From Amoebophrya sp. A120 (Eukaryota > Protista > Dinoflagellata): a stretch of DNA of 64,000 nt. Every line of letters starts with the position of its first letter. Positions within the stretch are counted from its first letter, which is position 1. The position numbers and the translations under genes were made by a program. Below the pieces are notes generated by a model that saw only the letters and a list, made by a program, of their open reading frames with translations, made no database searches and was not told the DNA's origin. The stretch is taken from assembly GCA_905178155.1 (NCBI GenBank), contig CAJINV010000008.1:4055420-4119419 (forward strand), in the 5' to 3' direction. Positions 38,420-51,054 of this stretch are shown in pieces.

Positions 38420-39880
38420 ATGAATACTTTAAAAGAGCTCGAGGAGAATATCTCCCAGGTCGAGTATGACTCGTTGAAGAAGGTCTTTCAAAATCTTGAT
38501 TCCCGCAAGGACGGGCGGCTGGACACGCAGGAAATTCTGGACGCCGTCCTGCGGTTGGGGTACCGATCAACTTTGCGCGAGATTGAGCTGATGATCTGGG
38601 AAGTGGACGATGACCTGGATCAGCATGTCTCCTGGGAGGAAATATCCATGTGCACAAGATAGAACTTATCCCCCCCGCGGCGCCCGCGGTTCGCTCCCCT
38701 CATAAGAAAGTAATTCGGAAGGCGAGGCATGAACTACAGCAACAAAGTTTATTCCGCATTAAGTACGATAGTTCGGATATTTATTTTTCGGAACAGAACA
38801 ATTATGTGGTCTAGTAAAAATCGGGATCGATTTTATTTGGGTTCCTTCTTCCGAAACTACGTCGATGAGCGCTGCTTCAATCAAGAGGATGTTGTGGAGT
38901 GGATCTGCATTCTAATTTGAATGACATCAAATGAGGCGAGGAACTACGAGGCGGGAGAAGGTTCTTGCACTCTCATAGATGTTCCTCGTAATGTACCAGC
39001 GCTGCATCAGCGATCGCACGGGTCTGGAGCCGCGGGGTCTCTTCAACCTGGTTCAGTTTCTCATGTACGATAAGGACTATCAAATGTAATGCACGTACGT
39101 CTCGGTCTGCAATGGAGCAGGGAATTGATTTCCAATGAAGGTCTTTTTTTGCGTGCTACTACCGGCTCCTTGACAGGACCATGACAACTTTATTTCCCAG
39201 AAGGTTTCTTGCGAATTCTAATTAAATCGTGTTCAGCACGACTAAAAACAAAGAAGCTGACCAGTCATGACAATATTCATCCATGCAAGATTGATGAAGA
39301 TCCCAGGAATTTCGCATTACAAATCCAGCGCCCCACCGACCCAGACTACTATATTTGCAATGCATAAGGACAACCTCGGTTCCATTTCTGTGGAGCAAAC
39401 CCTACAGATCCTGTTCGTGCGCTACGGCCGGGAGAAACTCGACGCGGAAATCCAAGTACGTATTGCAAATGTAGTGTCTGGGTCTGGTACTAGTGTGCAA
39501 ACTCGTGAACATGAGTAGGTGTTCACACATCAAAATAGATCTGTCTGGCGTGATCAGGATGAGAGACACGGAATTTCATGCAGCTAGCATGGATATAATG
39601 CTGGATGTTGACGTACCTCGCACAATTTCTCCAGACGGCTCAGACATCTTGGTCAATTCGATAGCACGAAATTTTCGGCGACGACGGCGATAAGCAGAGT
39701 GGGCGCACGGCTGCTGACGGCCAAGAGAAGCGCATCACCTTCTCCGAGTACCTTCAGCGGGTGAATGCGCGGCTGAAAAAAACCCGGAGCGCCAAACCGG
39801 AAGTCACAAAAGTGCAGATCATCACGAAGGAGCAGGCCGCGGCCGCGAAGAAAAAAACACTCTCCAAGCTCTTCACGTGA
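38420..39880 (+). CDS. EF-hand (calmodulin-like) calcium-binding protein, 4 exons
   Basis: LKKVFQNLDSRKDGRLDTQEI, EVDDDLDQHVSWEE|(F/I)LVMYQRCISDRTGLEPRGLFNLVQFLMYDKD|NLGSISVEQTLQILFVRYGREKLDAEIQ|EIFG...KLFT-TGA. Confidence 0.88.
38643..38977. mobile_element. Degenerate introner, TSD GGAAA/GATGT
   Basis: TATCCATGTGCACAAGA...TCTTGCACTCTCATA; frame restored by removing 5 extra nt. Confidence 0.7.
39078..39366. mobile_element. Degenerate introner family A, TSD AGGAC
   Basis: TATCAAATGTAA...TTGCAATGCATA; perfect TSD. Confidence 0.85.
39457..39663. mobile_element. Degenerate introner family A, TSD CCAAG/GCACG
   Basis: TGTCTGGGTCTGG and CCAGACGGCTCAGACA remnants; frame restored. Confidence 0.8.
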
Positions 39881-41165
39881 AGAAGTAGATGAGGTGGTTG
39901 AGCCGACAGCGTAAACTCCTGGCCTGGTGCCGTGGCAGCCTTTGTGAAAAAGTAGAGAGGACAGCACATGTACATGAAGAAGAACCGAGTATAAAATAAA
40001 ATGTACAACAAGTAGATCCAAATCTTTCCGCAACGAGCTTGTTAGTGACAAATAAAAATATAATTGTCGATATTCACAACTCAATAGAAGAGAAATGAAA
40101 ACAAATGCAGTACGGGTACACCGCCGATACGACGTTTTTAATCATGCAGTGCTGCTGCACGATGAAGTACATAATAAAGTGAGCTTCTCCACATAAAAAA
40201 GTACCAGGTCATACTACCTAAGAACAGTTAGAGACGCCACGGTAAATAAGCGAAAGGACTCCGTCTTGTGCTATTCATCGGACAGCTGCCGGGTGCTTTT
40301 GCCACATTCAGGTCCACCACCGGGGTTTACCGACAGCGGAGATCGACCTGTGATGGTTCTGACGACACAATAATCCGCGTTGTTCCGAAAGGATAAGGAA
40401 AGAAATTGACCTTATTGTCACAGATCATTATTTGAGTGGAGAGACAGAAAAGCAAAAGTTGTTTCGTTAGGGTCGTCGCGAATACATCGCTGCAACAGCA
40501 AAAGTGAAGCCGATATAGGCTTTTGAGCAAAAATGGACATGCATTAGAGGGTCGTCTACAAATTAGCGAAAGTATTTCGGAGATCCAGTTCCAATCGCAG
40601 GGTAGAATTTCCTCGTTTGATGTCGTCGTGATGTTGGGGACAAAACTCTCGCTACATCGTTTCGCAATCTGCATCATCTTCCGCCACAGTATACTGTAAT
40701 ATTATCCCATGTCGACTCGTGGTATTTATTGTCGAGATTATTGTGTGGGTCCTCTATTCGTGGCTCGGGCTCGTCGCCACGACCTGGATCTCGTTGTCCT
40801 CTTGTAAGCTGTACTGTCCCTTGGTGCGCGGAACAAAACTCAGAGGTTCTTCATCGTGAATTCTTCACCCCCTCGATGGGCTCAACATCCATCGGACTAG
40901 AAATAGAAAATATAATTCGTTTCTGATGATTTTGTAAACAAACTACAAGCACTTGCAACATCAGCCTCCAGTTGCGTCGTGTTTGTGTGTGCGTGTCTGA
41001 GAAGTACTTAGTCTTGCAAAACGTAGTCGTGAAAAACGGATCTGACAAGTACTAGTCGCACGACATGTTTGTCAGTTAGTAGCTCACCGGAATAAAAATA
41101 GAAATTGAATATATGAACCGAATATAGATTATTGTGAAAGAATACGAATAGCCAAAAGAAACACG

Positions 41166-44100
41166 ATGGGGCGACGAAGTCGGGCGAAAAGAACCTGGCC
41201 TCATTTCTCTTCTTGTTACGCAGTTGCAGGTGGTGCAGCGCTTCTTCTAGTTGCGCAGGAGCTATTCGTCGTTGATGCAGGTTCATCTCCACATGGTAGT
41301 CCGGGTGAACAAGATGCCGAGAATGAAGGAGGACCTCAAGCAGCTGCCACTCGGCTTCCGAAAGAGCCCCAGACAACAAGACCACTCAGAAGTACTGCTT
41401 CGAAAAGCAAGGGCAAAACCAAGAGCCGGTCACCGTTACCTGCTCTTCGCGAGGTACTGACTATTTTGTTTGTGCTTGTCCTCTAGTCGCGTGGTGGTCC
41501 CAGTCGTTCTTGTACGAAGAAGTGTATTGAAAACGTCGATAGCGAACTATCGTGCTCGAGTGAGCATATCCCTTGCTGCAAGTAGCCTGATCGTATGCTT
41601 TAACTGTCTTTAGTTCCCAACCTGCCAGCGCCTGCCACGTCCTACTCCTAGTATATGTAAAAGTACAACTCCAACGCGTATATCATTTGTTTGTCTTTCC
41701 GACGGAGTACATACTATGAATATCAACACGAACACCATCAACGTCAACATCAGCACGAACTCGCACGGAAGGAGATGAATGATCAGGAGGGCTCCGAAGA
41801 ATTGGATGAGGATGATGAACTGGAAATAGCGGCGGGTCCCGGCGCCGCTCAAGAAGAAGATGTTCAAAACGGCGACGGCGCCGAAAAGGAAATATTAAAC
41901 CATGACAATCTACAAAGCGATCGATCGATCGAACAACTACTACAAGCTGTGCCCGCGGCGGCCCCTGCGCAGCAGCAACAGCAGCAGCTCGCTGGGGATT
42001 TTCTCGGGCAACTGGAGGGAGCTCTGGGAGGCGCAGCAGGAGGCGGCGCTCTTGGTGGACCTCCAGGTGGCATTCTGGGCGGAATGATGAACCAGCAGCC
42101 GCCACAGCCGCAGCCGCTTGCAGATGAAAATAGTAAACTGCGTCCTGGCTCTGAACATCATCTTCAGAAGACCACGCTGGTAGATGAAGAAGATCAAGCT
42201 GGTGCAAAAGAAAATGATCAAACCGACGAGGCACGACCGGCTCCGACAAGGAGATCGGTTGGAGAAAATCCAGCTTCACCTTCACCCCCCGCTGGACCAG
42301 GAGGACGAGGAGCCGGACCATCTTCAAACAAGAACATGATTGACAATAATATGTTCGCTGCGCCGGGCTTTGCAGGCGCCGCACAGCAACTCGGCGGGCT
42401 CGCGGAACAGCTGGTCGAAGACCCGCAGGCGTTGAAAACTGAAGCAGCCCAAGCTCTGGGAGGAGGACCTCCACCACCAGCACAGCCGCCAGCCGCTGCT
42501 GCATCATCGACTACATCTCAAGGCGCCGCCGGGCCTGTGCTAAATAATGTGAGTAACGCTATTGAAGATAACAAACTACTGCAGCAGCTGCTGGGTCGCG
42601 TTAATGAGGTTTCTGGCTTGGAAGAAGACGAGCTAGAGGCTCAAGCGAAGCCAAGCCGTCAAGCGGTGAAGCTTGGGAGTGCTACTACGTCCGCATTGCT
42701 TGCGAGCGAATTTCCGCCGGAGTTGCTTGACCGCGGGGACGCATCGAAGGCGGCGAGGCTTCTGGCCCTGCACGACCACAACAAAACCGCGGCGGGCGAC
42801 CAGCATCTTGCGCACCAGTTCACGCTGAGCTCCCTGGTTCGATTCTTGCAGCGACCGCCCGATTGCCACGCAATGCCAGAATTCCTCTCCACCCTGGATC
42901 ACGACGACGAATACGTCTTTCACCAGTTTGACCAGGTCGGCTTGTACCTGGTCGGCCTCTTCGCATTCGCGTCCGTCGCGCTCGTCGTTTGTTTGTTCCT
43001 TTGCTGTCACACCCTGCCCGTCGCCGTGCCCAACCCGAAGATGAAGGAGCGCGGGTTCGTGGGTCGGGTGCGACGCGCGGCCGCAATTGTGAAACGCCGG
43101 GCGCTTGCCAAAGCCGAGGGCGCACAGAAGCTCGAGAAAATGCTCGGCGGGGCTGCTGCAGCACAAGAAATTTTTGCCGTTCGAGAAAATCGTGAGGATC
43201 ATGAGCTGCCCGAAGTAGAAGACGCCGAGGGCGAGGACAACAAGAACATGATCGAGTCGCCCGGTGGTTTGGAAGATGCTCTCGTGCCCTTGCCACGCAG
43301 CTGGCTTGCGCTGAGGGACGTATCCTTTTCTGTCCGCAACACAGGCACCGAGGGAGGCACGATCGAGCTGCTAAGCCACGTGTCCGCCTGCTTTCGGTCC
43401 GGCGAGGTGGCGGCCATCATGGGACCCTCCGGCTCCGGGAAGACCACGCTTCTGAATGCCATTTCCGGTCGCGTCCGCTGGCGGCGAACTTTCGACGCCA
43501 ACCTGGGCCTGCACGGGTCCGTGGAGCTTAACGGCAACCGGCTCACCGACCGGCAGCTGCAAACCCTGGCGGGCTACGTGTTCCAGGATGACCAATTAAT
43601 GGCGACGGAGACGGTGCAGGACGCGATAAACTTCACGGCGGCGCTGAAACTTCCCCACCTGACTGTGGCGGAACGGCTGCAGCGCGTGCGCGAGCTGGTG
43701 GATGACCTGAAGCTGAACGCCTGCCGCGAGACCCGCATCGGCGAACCGGGGAACCCCGGCATTTCCGGCGGGCAGAAGCGGCGTGTGTCCGCTGCCATCG
43801 AGATGGTGGGGAACCCCCTGATTCTATTGATGGATGAACCTACCAGCGGTCTGGACTCGTTCACCGCGATGGTCTTCGTGCAAGAGATGCGCGCGCTGGC
43901 CCAGGCGCAGAACATCATCATCATTTGCACCATTCACCAACCGAGCACCGAGGTGTTCAACGAGTTTGACCGGGCTCTGATCATGGTCCGCGGCAGGATC
44001 ATTTTCCACGGCAGGCTCGACGGAGAACACAGAACGACCGTTCACGAGCTGCTGGAAGGCACAGGAGCACAACAAGGCTCGTCGACTCCTGCCGCAGGAG

Positions 44101-47100
44101 GAGCTTCTGGAGAAAAGAATGCTAGAAACAGCGTTTCTCTTGAAGATCGCATCTTGGCGCAACAAAAACACCTGGATGAATTGTTAAACAAAAGTTCTGT
44201 GGAAGGGGATCATGATGTTGACCTTCCGAGTGGTCCGGCAGAACAACATAAGCTTCATGATGCAAAAAATGGCGAACCGCACATCACGGACCCAACAGCG
44301 GGGGAACGTCCAGTTGGAAAGGCCGCAGCACCACCAGGGACGAAGAACGACGATCACCTACATGATCCTGTGGTTCTTGGGGACGACGATGGAGATGATG
44401 GTAGAACTACCACGCAGCTGCCGAACAAGAGGGTGAGCTACAGTATGGAGGAACTGGAACAGCTGAGGCAGGAGAAGGATCCGCTGGCCTGGAGCTTGCG
44501 GCGGAATCTGGAGAAAGTCGCCCCCACCCACGCCTCCGCCATGCCGGCCAACGAAAATCTGGCCACCCGGGCCCTGTTGATCGTGCAGCTGCTAGGAGAC
44601 AGGGGCGAGGACGGAAAAAAGGAGTTGCGGCGCATGGCGCTTGAAACGGCCTCCGGGTATGACCAATCCCTGCTCGACTCGTACAATGCGGTCGACGATG
44701 TTAACTACATCGGAAAAAATGAAAAAGACGGCCGCCTAGCTTCTTGCTATGCCAAGCGGAGAGTGCAGACCAAGCAGTATATGAAGCAGTGCTTTTTCCA
44801 GACCCACCGCGTGCAGGTAATTTCCAGCAAGACCCCCAACCGTCTCACCGGTTTGCAAACCGCGGAGCTACTGCGCCGCGAGATGCGGTCCCGGCTGCAC
44901 ACCCTTTTCACATTGGAGATGTTCTCGTATCTGGTGGTGCTGGCGGTGAACGTCATCTTCGCTCCGCTATTCAGCCCACACTTTCACAGCCAAACTCCCG
45001 CGGACTTCTTCGCGGACCTGGGGTCGGGGATTTTGATGAACCCCAACAAGACGGTGCTGGTTTTTGGCGTGAAGATCACGAGCAACGCGCTGCTTTCCCC
45101 GGCGATATGGATCTGGCCCCTGGTGGAGGTAGTTCTGATCCTGAAAGAGCGGCCCATCTTCTATCCACAGAAAAAAAACCATCCCCATCCATTTTTGCAT
45201 GACAAACAAAGGACTTCATACGTGTTTTGCATGGCAAATTGGATGGGGATGGGTTTTTTTCTGTGGATATCTTCCTCCGTGAGTACACGAGTAAAACGTA
45301 CCAGCTCACCTCCTACTGCCTTACCAAGCTCCTGATGGAGGTCTACCTCTTCCTGGCGCGCGCCCTGTTTCAGGTGCTCGTCTTTTGGCACATCTACGGC
45401 CTCTACGGTTGGCAGCTGTACGCCTACTTCTGCGTCTACCTCTGCTGCATTCAGGTCACGTCCCAGTTTTTCGCCATCTGCGCGGCGGTTCCGGACGGCT
45501 TCTCGCTGATTTCCTTCGCCAGCTGCGTGGCCCTGCTCTTCGTGCAGTTCTCGATCGGCGGCGTGTTGCGGCTACCCGCACCCTGGGCCTACAACCTGAT
45601 TAAATACACTTCCGGTTTCTACCACGGGATGAACGGCATCTTTCGCACCCAGATGCGGGGCATCATCGACGGAATGGGGGAGTTCTCGAACTCAACGGCC
45701 TCGGACTACCTGCACACGCACAGAGACACCTATCAGAGGGTCCATGAAAAAGCGACCAAGCTGTGTGTTCACGACCACGACCCCGATCTCGTTACCTTCT
45801 GCGATTCGCACTACATGAGCGAAACGGCGAAAAGCAGGAATAACACGAGTACACCAACGGCAAACAGCAAGATGAAGATGAACACGGGGCCCTCGACCAC
45901 GCCAGCAAGTAGCACGAAGGACGACGACGACGTCAACCTTGAAGGGGTCTTGGACCATCTTCATCTGGGCAACAGTGCACCATCTACATCTTCCTTCCTG
46001 GCCGACGCAGAACGTCATGACTCGGCCAGCCTTGTCGAGGGTCTGCCGGAGGACAAGGAGCGGGTGGTGCACAATTTCAACATGACGCTGGGCCACTACG
46101 ATGTCGGGGTGTTCATGGACGATAGGCAGGAGCAGTGCTCCGCCCAAGTGGGCACGCCGGTCAAGCATTTACTCGATCAGCTCCTCACCATGAACTACGA
46201 CGTCGAAACGAATAGCACGAGCGCGGAAGCTCTGCACCAACGGAGCTTCCATGAGTATCAAATGTAAAAATGTCTGGGTCTGGAAGAATGCAACTTGTGA
46301 TGCTATTTTTGGAATCCAAAAAAATCTGTATTGCATGAGCAACAAGAGGCGTCCAGTTTTTGCTCCGCGGAGAGGGGATTTCTCATGCGGGATAGGCATC
46401 AAGATGCCCGCAAAAGATTTGTGATGCTGGTGCATACATCACAGACATCACGGGTCATGCAAAATGTGCATGACAAACCTTGCAATCTTCCAGACCCAGA
46501 CATTTTTACATTTGATAATGAGGGCGTCGTGGGCAACTTTTATAACGCCACCTACCACGGGTACGGGGACCTCGCGGCCGTCGTCTATCAACAGGGAATC
46601 AATCAAGAAGTGATCTTCCGATCTGCTGCTGCTAGTAGTCCTGAGAAAAAATGATCCAGTTTGAAACTACGTAGTTACGCGGATTTGCCTACGCAGCAGC
46701 GACAAAGCACCTTTCAAAAATCACTCGGACTGCAACATCGAAGTTGTACTCAGTGAGTGATTTCTGGTGATCGTGATGGTGCGCCTGGTGCATGTAGTAA
46801 AACAGTGCGAATAAATCGCAAATCCGTATGGCAGACTGCAACATTTCTTGGGGCTAGCAGCAGTTGCACTCGAAGTCACTCGCTTCGCCTCGTCTATATC
46901 GTCGTGTGCATCCTGGGTTGGCGCCTCGTTGGCATGGTGTTGCTGCACTGGAACAGCCGGTATTATCCACAGGAAAACTGTTCTCTTCCCCAGCACCCAC
47001 TCGTTCCAATTCCAATTTCTTTGTCATGCAGCATATGCATTGCATAGGCAAAGGCATAGCTTCTACTTGAGTCATGCAAATATGAACGGGGATGAGAGTT

Positions 47101-47135
47101 TTGTTGTGGATAAGTATGCCGTGAAGAATACTTAA
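41166..47135 (+). CDS. ABCG (White-family) half transporter with long N-terminal extension
   Basis: Walker A GPSGSGKTT, Q-loop YVFQDD, signature ISGGQKRRV, Walker B LLMDEPTSGLD, CTIHQP; TMD with ERPIF|LREY and final helix DLAAVVVCILGWRLVG; ends YAVKNT-TAA. First exon 41166-~41453 is tentative. Confidence 0.9.
45162..45269. mobile_element. Short (108 bp) introner, TSD TCTTC
   Basis: TATCCACAGAAAAAAAACCATCCCCATCCA...TGGATGGGGATGGGTTTTTTTCTGTGGATA; nearly the whole element is a hairpin. Confidence 0.94.
46256..46517. mobile_element. Introner family A, TSD ATGAG
   Basis: Perfect ~32-bp TIRs and perfect TSD. Confidence 0.95.
46586..46898. mobile_element. Decayed introner, TSD TCGTC
   Basis: TATC...CTATA ends, weak IR, perfect TSD; junction AAVV|VCIL. 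Confidence 0.7.
46964..47112. mobile_element. Introner, TSD GGTAT/AGTAT
   Basis: TATCCACAGGAAAACT...AGTTTTGTTGTGGATA. Confidence 0.85.
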
Positions 47136-48346
47136 AGCTAAAGATAAACCCCCAGAACCGGAGTGCAGCTGTGAAGAATACTATAAAGTTTGTATAAATA
47201 AAACCTTCTCTGTGAAATCGTCGTGCGGACATCATGTCGCAAGGCTTATGTATGCCTACCCCTCGTTCTATGTACAAAGATACCACGCGAAACCTATAAG
47301 AAAAATCAAACAATGTTTCGTATTGATTGTCGCTATAGCACTCAGTAAGCTCTGATGTTTACTTGCTTCCAAGAATATACGTTTGTCTATTTAGGTAAAT
47401 CAAAATAAAGCTGAAAGCCAGGTGGGTGCTGTTTACAAGGGAAAACGGGTAATTGAAACGGGATAGCGACTTTTCCAAAACTTTTACTTTTACTTTTGGC
47501 AAAATCGCTATTTTGATCGTCGGCAATCCATGCTTTGCGAAAATTGTTTGGACCGTGCTGCCTGTTGCTGGTAAGTCCGCACTTTGGGAGTGGCAGAGCA
47601 TGAAAGGGCGGCACCTCTTCGCCGCGGCGTGTGCCCGCCAGCTGCCTGCCATTTTGATCGACGCCTCCAAGCAGGCTGCGGGAAATGCCACCCGCCGCGC
47701 ATCGGACGGGCAGCGCCTCCGTGGTCGGTTGTTCGCGATTATTCGCGAGCGCTGTGGGGCCCTGTGCGCATTTTGTGCACCTTTTGAAGTGGTGCGCGGG
47801 CGCTGGCCTTTGGCCTTTCAGTATTCGCCCGGATGTTGATCGCCGCCTCGCGCTTCGGAAATGCCGGGGCGCGTCGGCCCTCTTCGCCCTGAGCGCCTTT
47901 TAAATAAGCAATGGCACTGGCTGCCACTGCCAGGGCCCGAATGCGAATGGGCGCGCCGCCCCGCCGCGGTGTCTTGGATGGCACGCCGGCCGCGCGCTGT
48001 CCGACGTACCTTCGGCCCCCTACATTCTGGCCCGCCGCTTGCCCATTCTTACAAAATAGAGGCCGTCGCGCCCCGGCCGTCTGTTTCCTGCCCGCCTTTC
48101 CGCGGTTACGCGACGCGGCCGAAGCGTGCGCCAAAGGCGCCCCCCTTTTGCAACCAACGGGCAGAGGCGGCTCCTCCGCTCGTCTCGCTAGCGGTGGCAG
48201 AAGTGTCAAGGGCCTGCGGTCGGGGGGCCACCCCGATGGCCGGCGCGTGATGTGGGTCTGTGGCGCGCTGTGGTGGCGCCACCTGTCTATTTCGGTTGCC
48301 CGTCTATTCTGCTTCGCCTGCTTGAACGAGAGAAGCAAAGAGGCAG

Positions 48347-48382
48347 CATACCATGCGGTCCGACGTCGGACCGCATGGTATG
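48347..48382. repeat. Perfect 36-bp zero-spacer palindrome
   Basis: CATACCATGCGGTCCGAC|GTCGGACCGCATGGTATG. Confidence 0.95.
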
Positions 48383-48639
48383 GCGCGCGATGGTGGGCCG
48401 GCCTCTCGCGCCAGGCCGTCCGTGCGTGCGGCATGCATCGCGATGTGGGGCCGACCCCCCCCGGTTGGGTGGGCTTCCCCGGCGGGGTGTTCTTTGGTTC
48501 AGGAAATGGATAACGCAACTCCCCCGGGTGGCCCGCCCCACAAGCGAGCCGGCGGGCGGGGCCCCGTGGCCCCTCTGGTATGTTGCCCTCCAGCACGAGC
48601 CTGTGTGCCTGGGTGGTTTGCCTTCTCTTGTAAGATGTA

Positions 48640-49460
48640 CCGCAGCGACCCCGTGAGCCGGCTCTATCTCTGCAGCTTTCCTGACAAGAACCGCCAAAAA
48701 CGGCCGGGGGCTTGGGGCGTTGGCTCGCATTTTTTCGCATGTTGAAGATGAAAAAAACCCAAGCGCGCCCGCCTGTTTGGTTTTGTCTTCAATGAATGCA
48801 GTCGCCGGTGGGCTCAGTCGGCCGCCGGTGGAAAGACTGTCTGAAAAAATGACGTAGGGGGGTCGGCAAACGTGGCACCCTTCTCAGGCGCCGGCCGCGT
48901 GGGATTCTGGCGCGCGACTTGGGGCGCCCAAAAGGGCGCCCCAAAAAACCCGCCCGAAGCCAGAACAGCGAAGCCGTAAGTATGGCAGGGCCGCGAAACC
49001 GGTCGCGAATCGAAAGCGGCCGCCCTTTTGCCGGGTTCTCAGCGGGGGGGCGCTAGCTTTGCAAAAGGCGCGGGCGCGAAAAATAACACACAACGCAAAA
49101 AAGAAGAAACGCGCCAAGCGCGCGAAGCCAGCCCGCATTCTATGGGCCCGCTTTTCCCTCGGTTTTTGGGCGCCCCCCGCGGTGCCCGGGCCGGCCCGAT
49201 AGCATCGGGGTTGGCTTTCGGGAAGGCGTTTTGGCAAGTTGCCCAACGTCTGCCATTTTCCCCAACCGGCCGCCATACCGTGCGGCATAACCTTACCCAC
49301 CCCGGCACGGCGGGCCCAGAAAAAGCAAAAAAGTGGTGTGGGCCAAGGTCGGCGGGCAAAGAAGCGGCGCCGGCCTCATTATCTCCGCCCCGGCGGCCAT
49401 ATTTGGCGCATTGAAGTAGGCGCGCAGCACGCCGCGCGGGCGGCCCGGCCTCGCACGTTC
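48640..49460. repeat. Arm 1 of a diverged ~0.8-kb inverted duplication (partner ~51235-52050)
   Basis: Colinear reverse-complement blocks, e.g. AGGCGCCGGCCGCGTGGG, GCGCCCCAAAAAAC, GCGCCAAGCGCGCGA, GGGCCCAGAAAAA, ATATTTGGC. Edges approximate. Confidence 0.85.
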
Positions 49461-49910
49461 GGGCCGCATGGCGTGGCGCGCTACGCTTCGGTGGAGCTGC
49501 CCGCGCCTCACGTTTTGGCTCGGCGCCTTTCTTTGGGCGCTAGCTAGAGGCCGTCCGGCCTGCCCCTTTCTCTTTCATATTCGCCGCCCCCCCGCACTTA
49601 CATACAAAGCGCCGAGACCATGCCGCCGCTCCCGAGTGCTCCGCCTCGGTCGCGGCGGCCTTGCGCGGCCGGCTTTTCGCGAGTAGAAAGGGCGCCGGCG
49701 CAGCAGGGGCGCGCGCGGGGCGCCACTCACATGCTGCCCCGCCGGCGCGCGCAATAAGTTCGCCCAGGAGGCTCTGTCCCCATTTTCGGGGAGACCGCCT
49801 CAGCCATGTAGAAAAGGGGGGGGGCAGCAGGATTCTTCGCAAGCCTGGCGGATGCGCAAGCCTTCAGGCTTTTCGGCTTTTGAGGGCGCGGCGAAGTCTT
49901 CTGCTTGAGT

Positions 49911-50126
49911 GCCGAAAACTTGCCGAAAACTTTCCCCCGAACTTTCCCGAAACTTTCCCGCTTCGGGATCATTTTCGGACTCGAAAACTTTTGGCTGACT
50001 TTTCAACTCCCGGTCTGTAACTTTTGGTCGACTTTTCAACGGGAGAATTTTTCGGGAAGGTTTCGCGGAAGGCTTTCGCCGACTTTTCGGGAAAGTTCGG
50101 GGGAAAGTTTTCGGCAAGTTCTCGGC
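49911..50126. repeat. Central 42-bp inverted repeat (1 mismatch, 132-nt spacer) within an array of RACTTT/AAAGTY motifs
   Basis: GCCGAAAACTTGCCGAAAACTTTCCCCCGAACTTTCCCGAAA (49911-49952) versus 50085-50126. Confidence 0.93.
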
Positions 50127-51054
50127 AAAGTTTCCGGCAGAGTTTTCGGTAGAGGGGCGGAAAAGTTTCGCCGCCCGGCGCCTGCCCTTTGTTCCTGCCC
50201 GCCAGCCGGGCCGCCCTCGGGCGGCTGCCTTGCGCCCGAAAAGAGGCAGGCACAGCCCCCCGGCAGGCACGCCTGCGGTTATTGCGCACGTAGCCAGGCA
50301 AGCGGCCGGCCCCGCCCCGGCGGGCGGCCGGCGCTACGTTGTCGCATGCGCCACCGGGCAGCGGATTCACGCCCCGGGGGCGCCGGTGCGCGTGTAGCTT
50401 GCTGCGAACCAAGAGAGGGCGCCCGGGCTTCGGCGGTTGCTACCGACCCCCTGAACTTGGTTGGCGCGTTGCGCCGTTCGGGGCGCGTGCGGGGCATGCG
50501 CTCCGCGTACTCCACACTTGCGGCGGCCGGCGGGCTCTTGGGGGCCCGGGCGCCGCTGGGGTTGGCGTCGGTTTGCCCAAACCCATAGACGGAAGGAACA
50601 CCCGGCCCGGCCGCGCCAGTCCTTCGCCCCCCCCGCCCGCGACCGACCTAGACCGGGGCCACAGTGTGCCGGCCGGCAACAGCCGCGCGGGCGTGGCGCC
50701 TCCCTGCGCACTGCTGAGCCCGGGCGGGGGAGGCGTGTTATTGGGGCGCCGAAGCGATTCCGCCGCATCCGCCAGGCGCCAGCCGGCCGGGGCCGGCCTG
50801 TCTGGGGGCCTCCCGCCCTCTGATATGGGGGCGCGCCTGCATGTTGGGCCCCGCCGGCCTGCCTGCGCGCCTGGAATACCGGGCGGCGCCGCCGCGGGTC
50901 TACTTCCTACGTGCCGGCGGCCCGATTGCCACCCGTCGTTCGTCTCGCCCTTCGCTCGCCCTGCGCCCCACCCTGTGGGCCGGGATTGGGCGATCTGTTT
51001 CGTCTCTATCTGGTCAGCCGGGGCCTGTGCGTTTGCTGTTTTGCTTTTCCGACA

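Noticed and set aside
9551-46168. Minus-strand ORFs of 150-270 aa (e.g. 24949-25596, 41683-42507)
   Set aside because: Antisense shadows of well-supported plus-strand exons, with no independent motifs.
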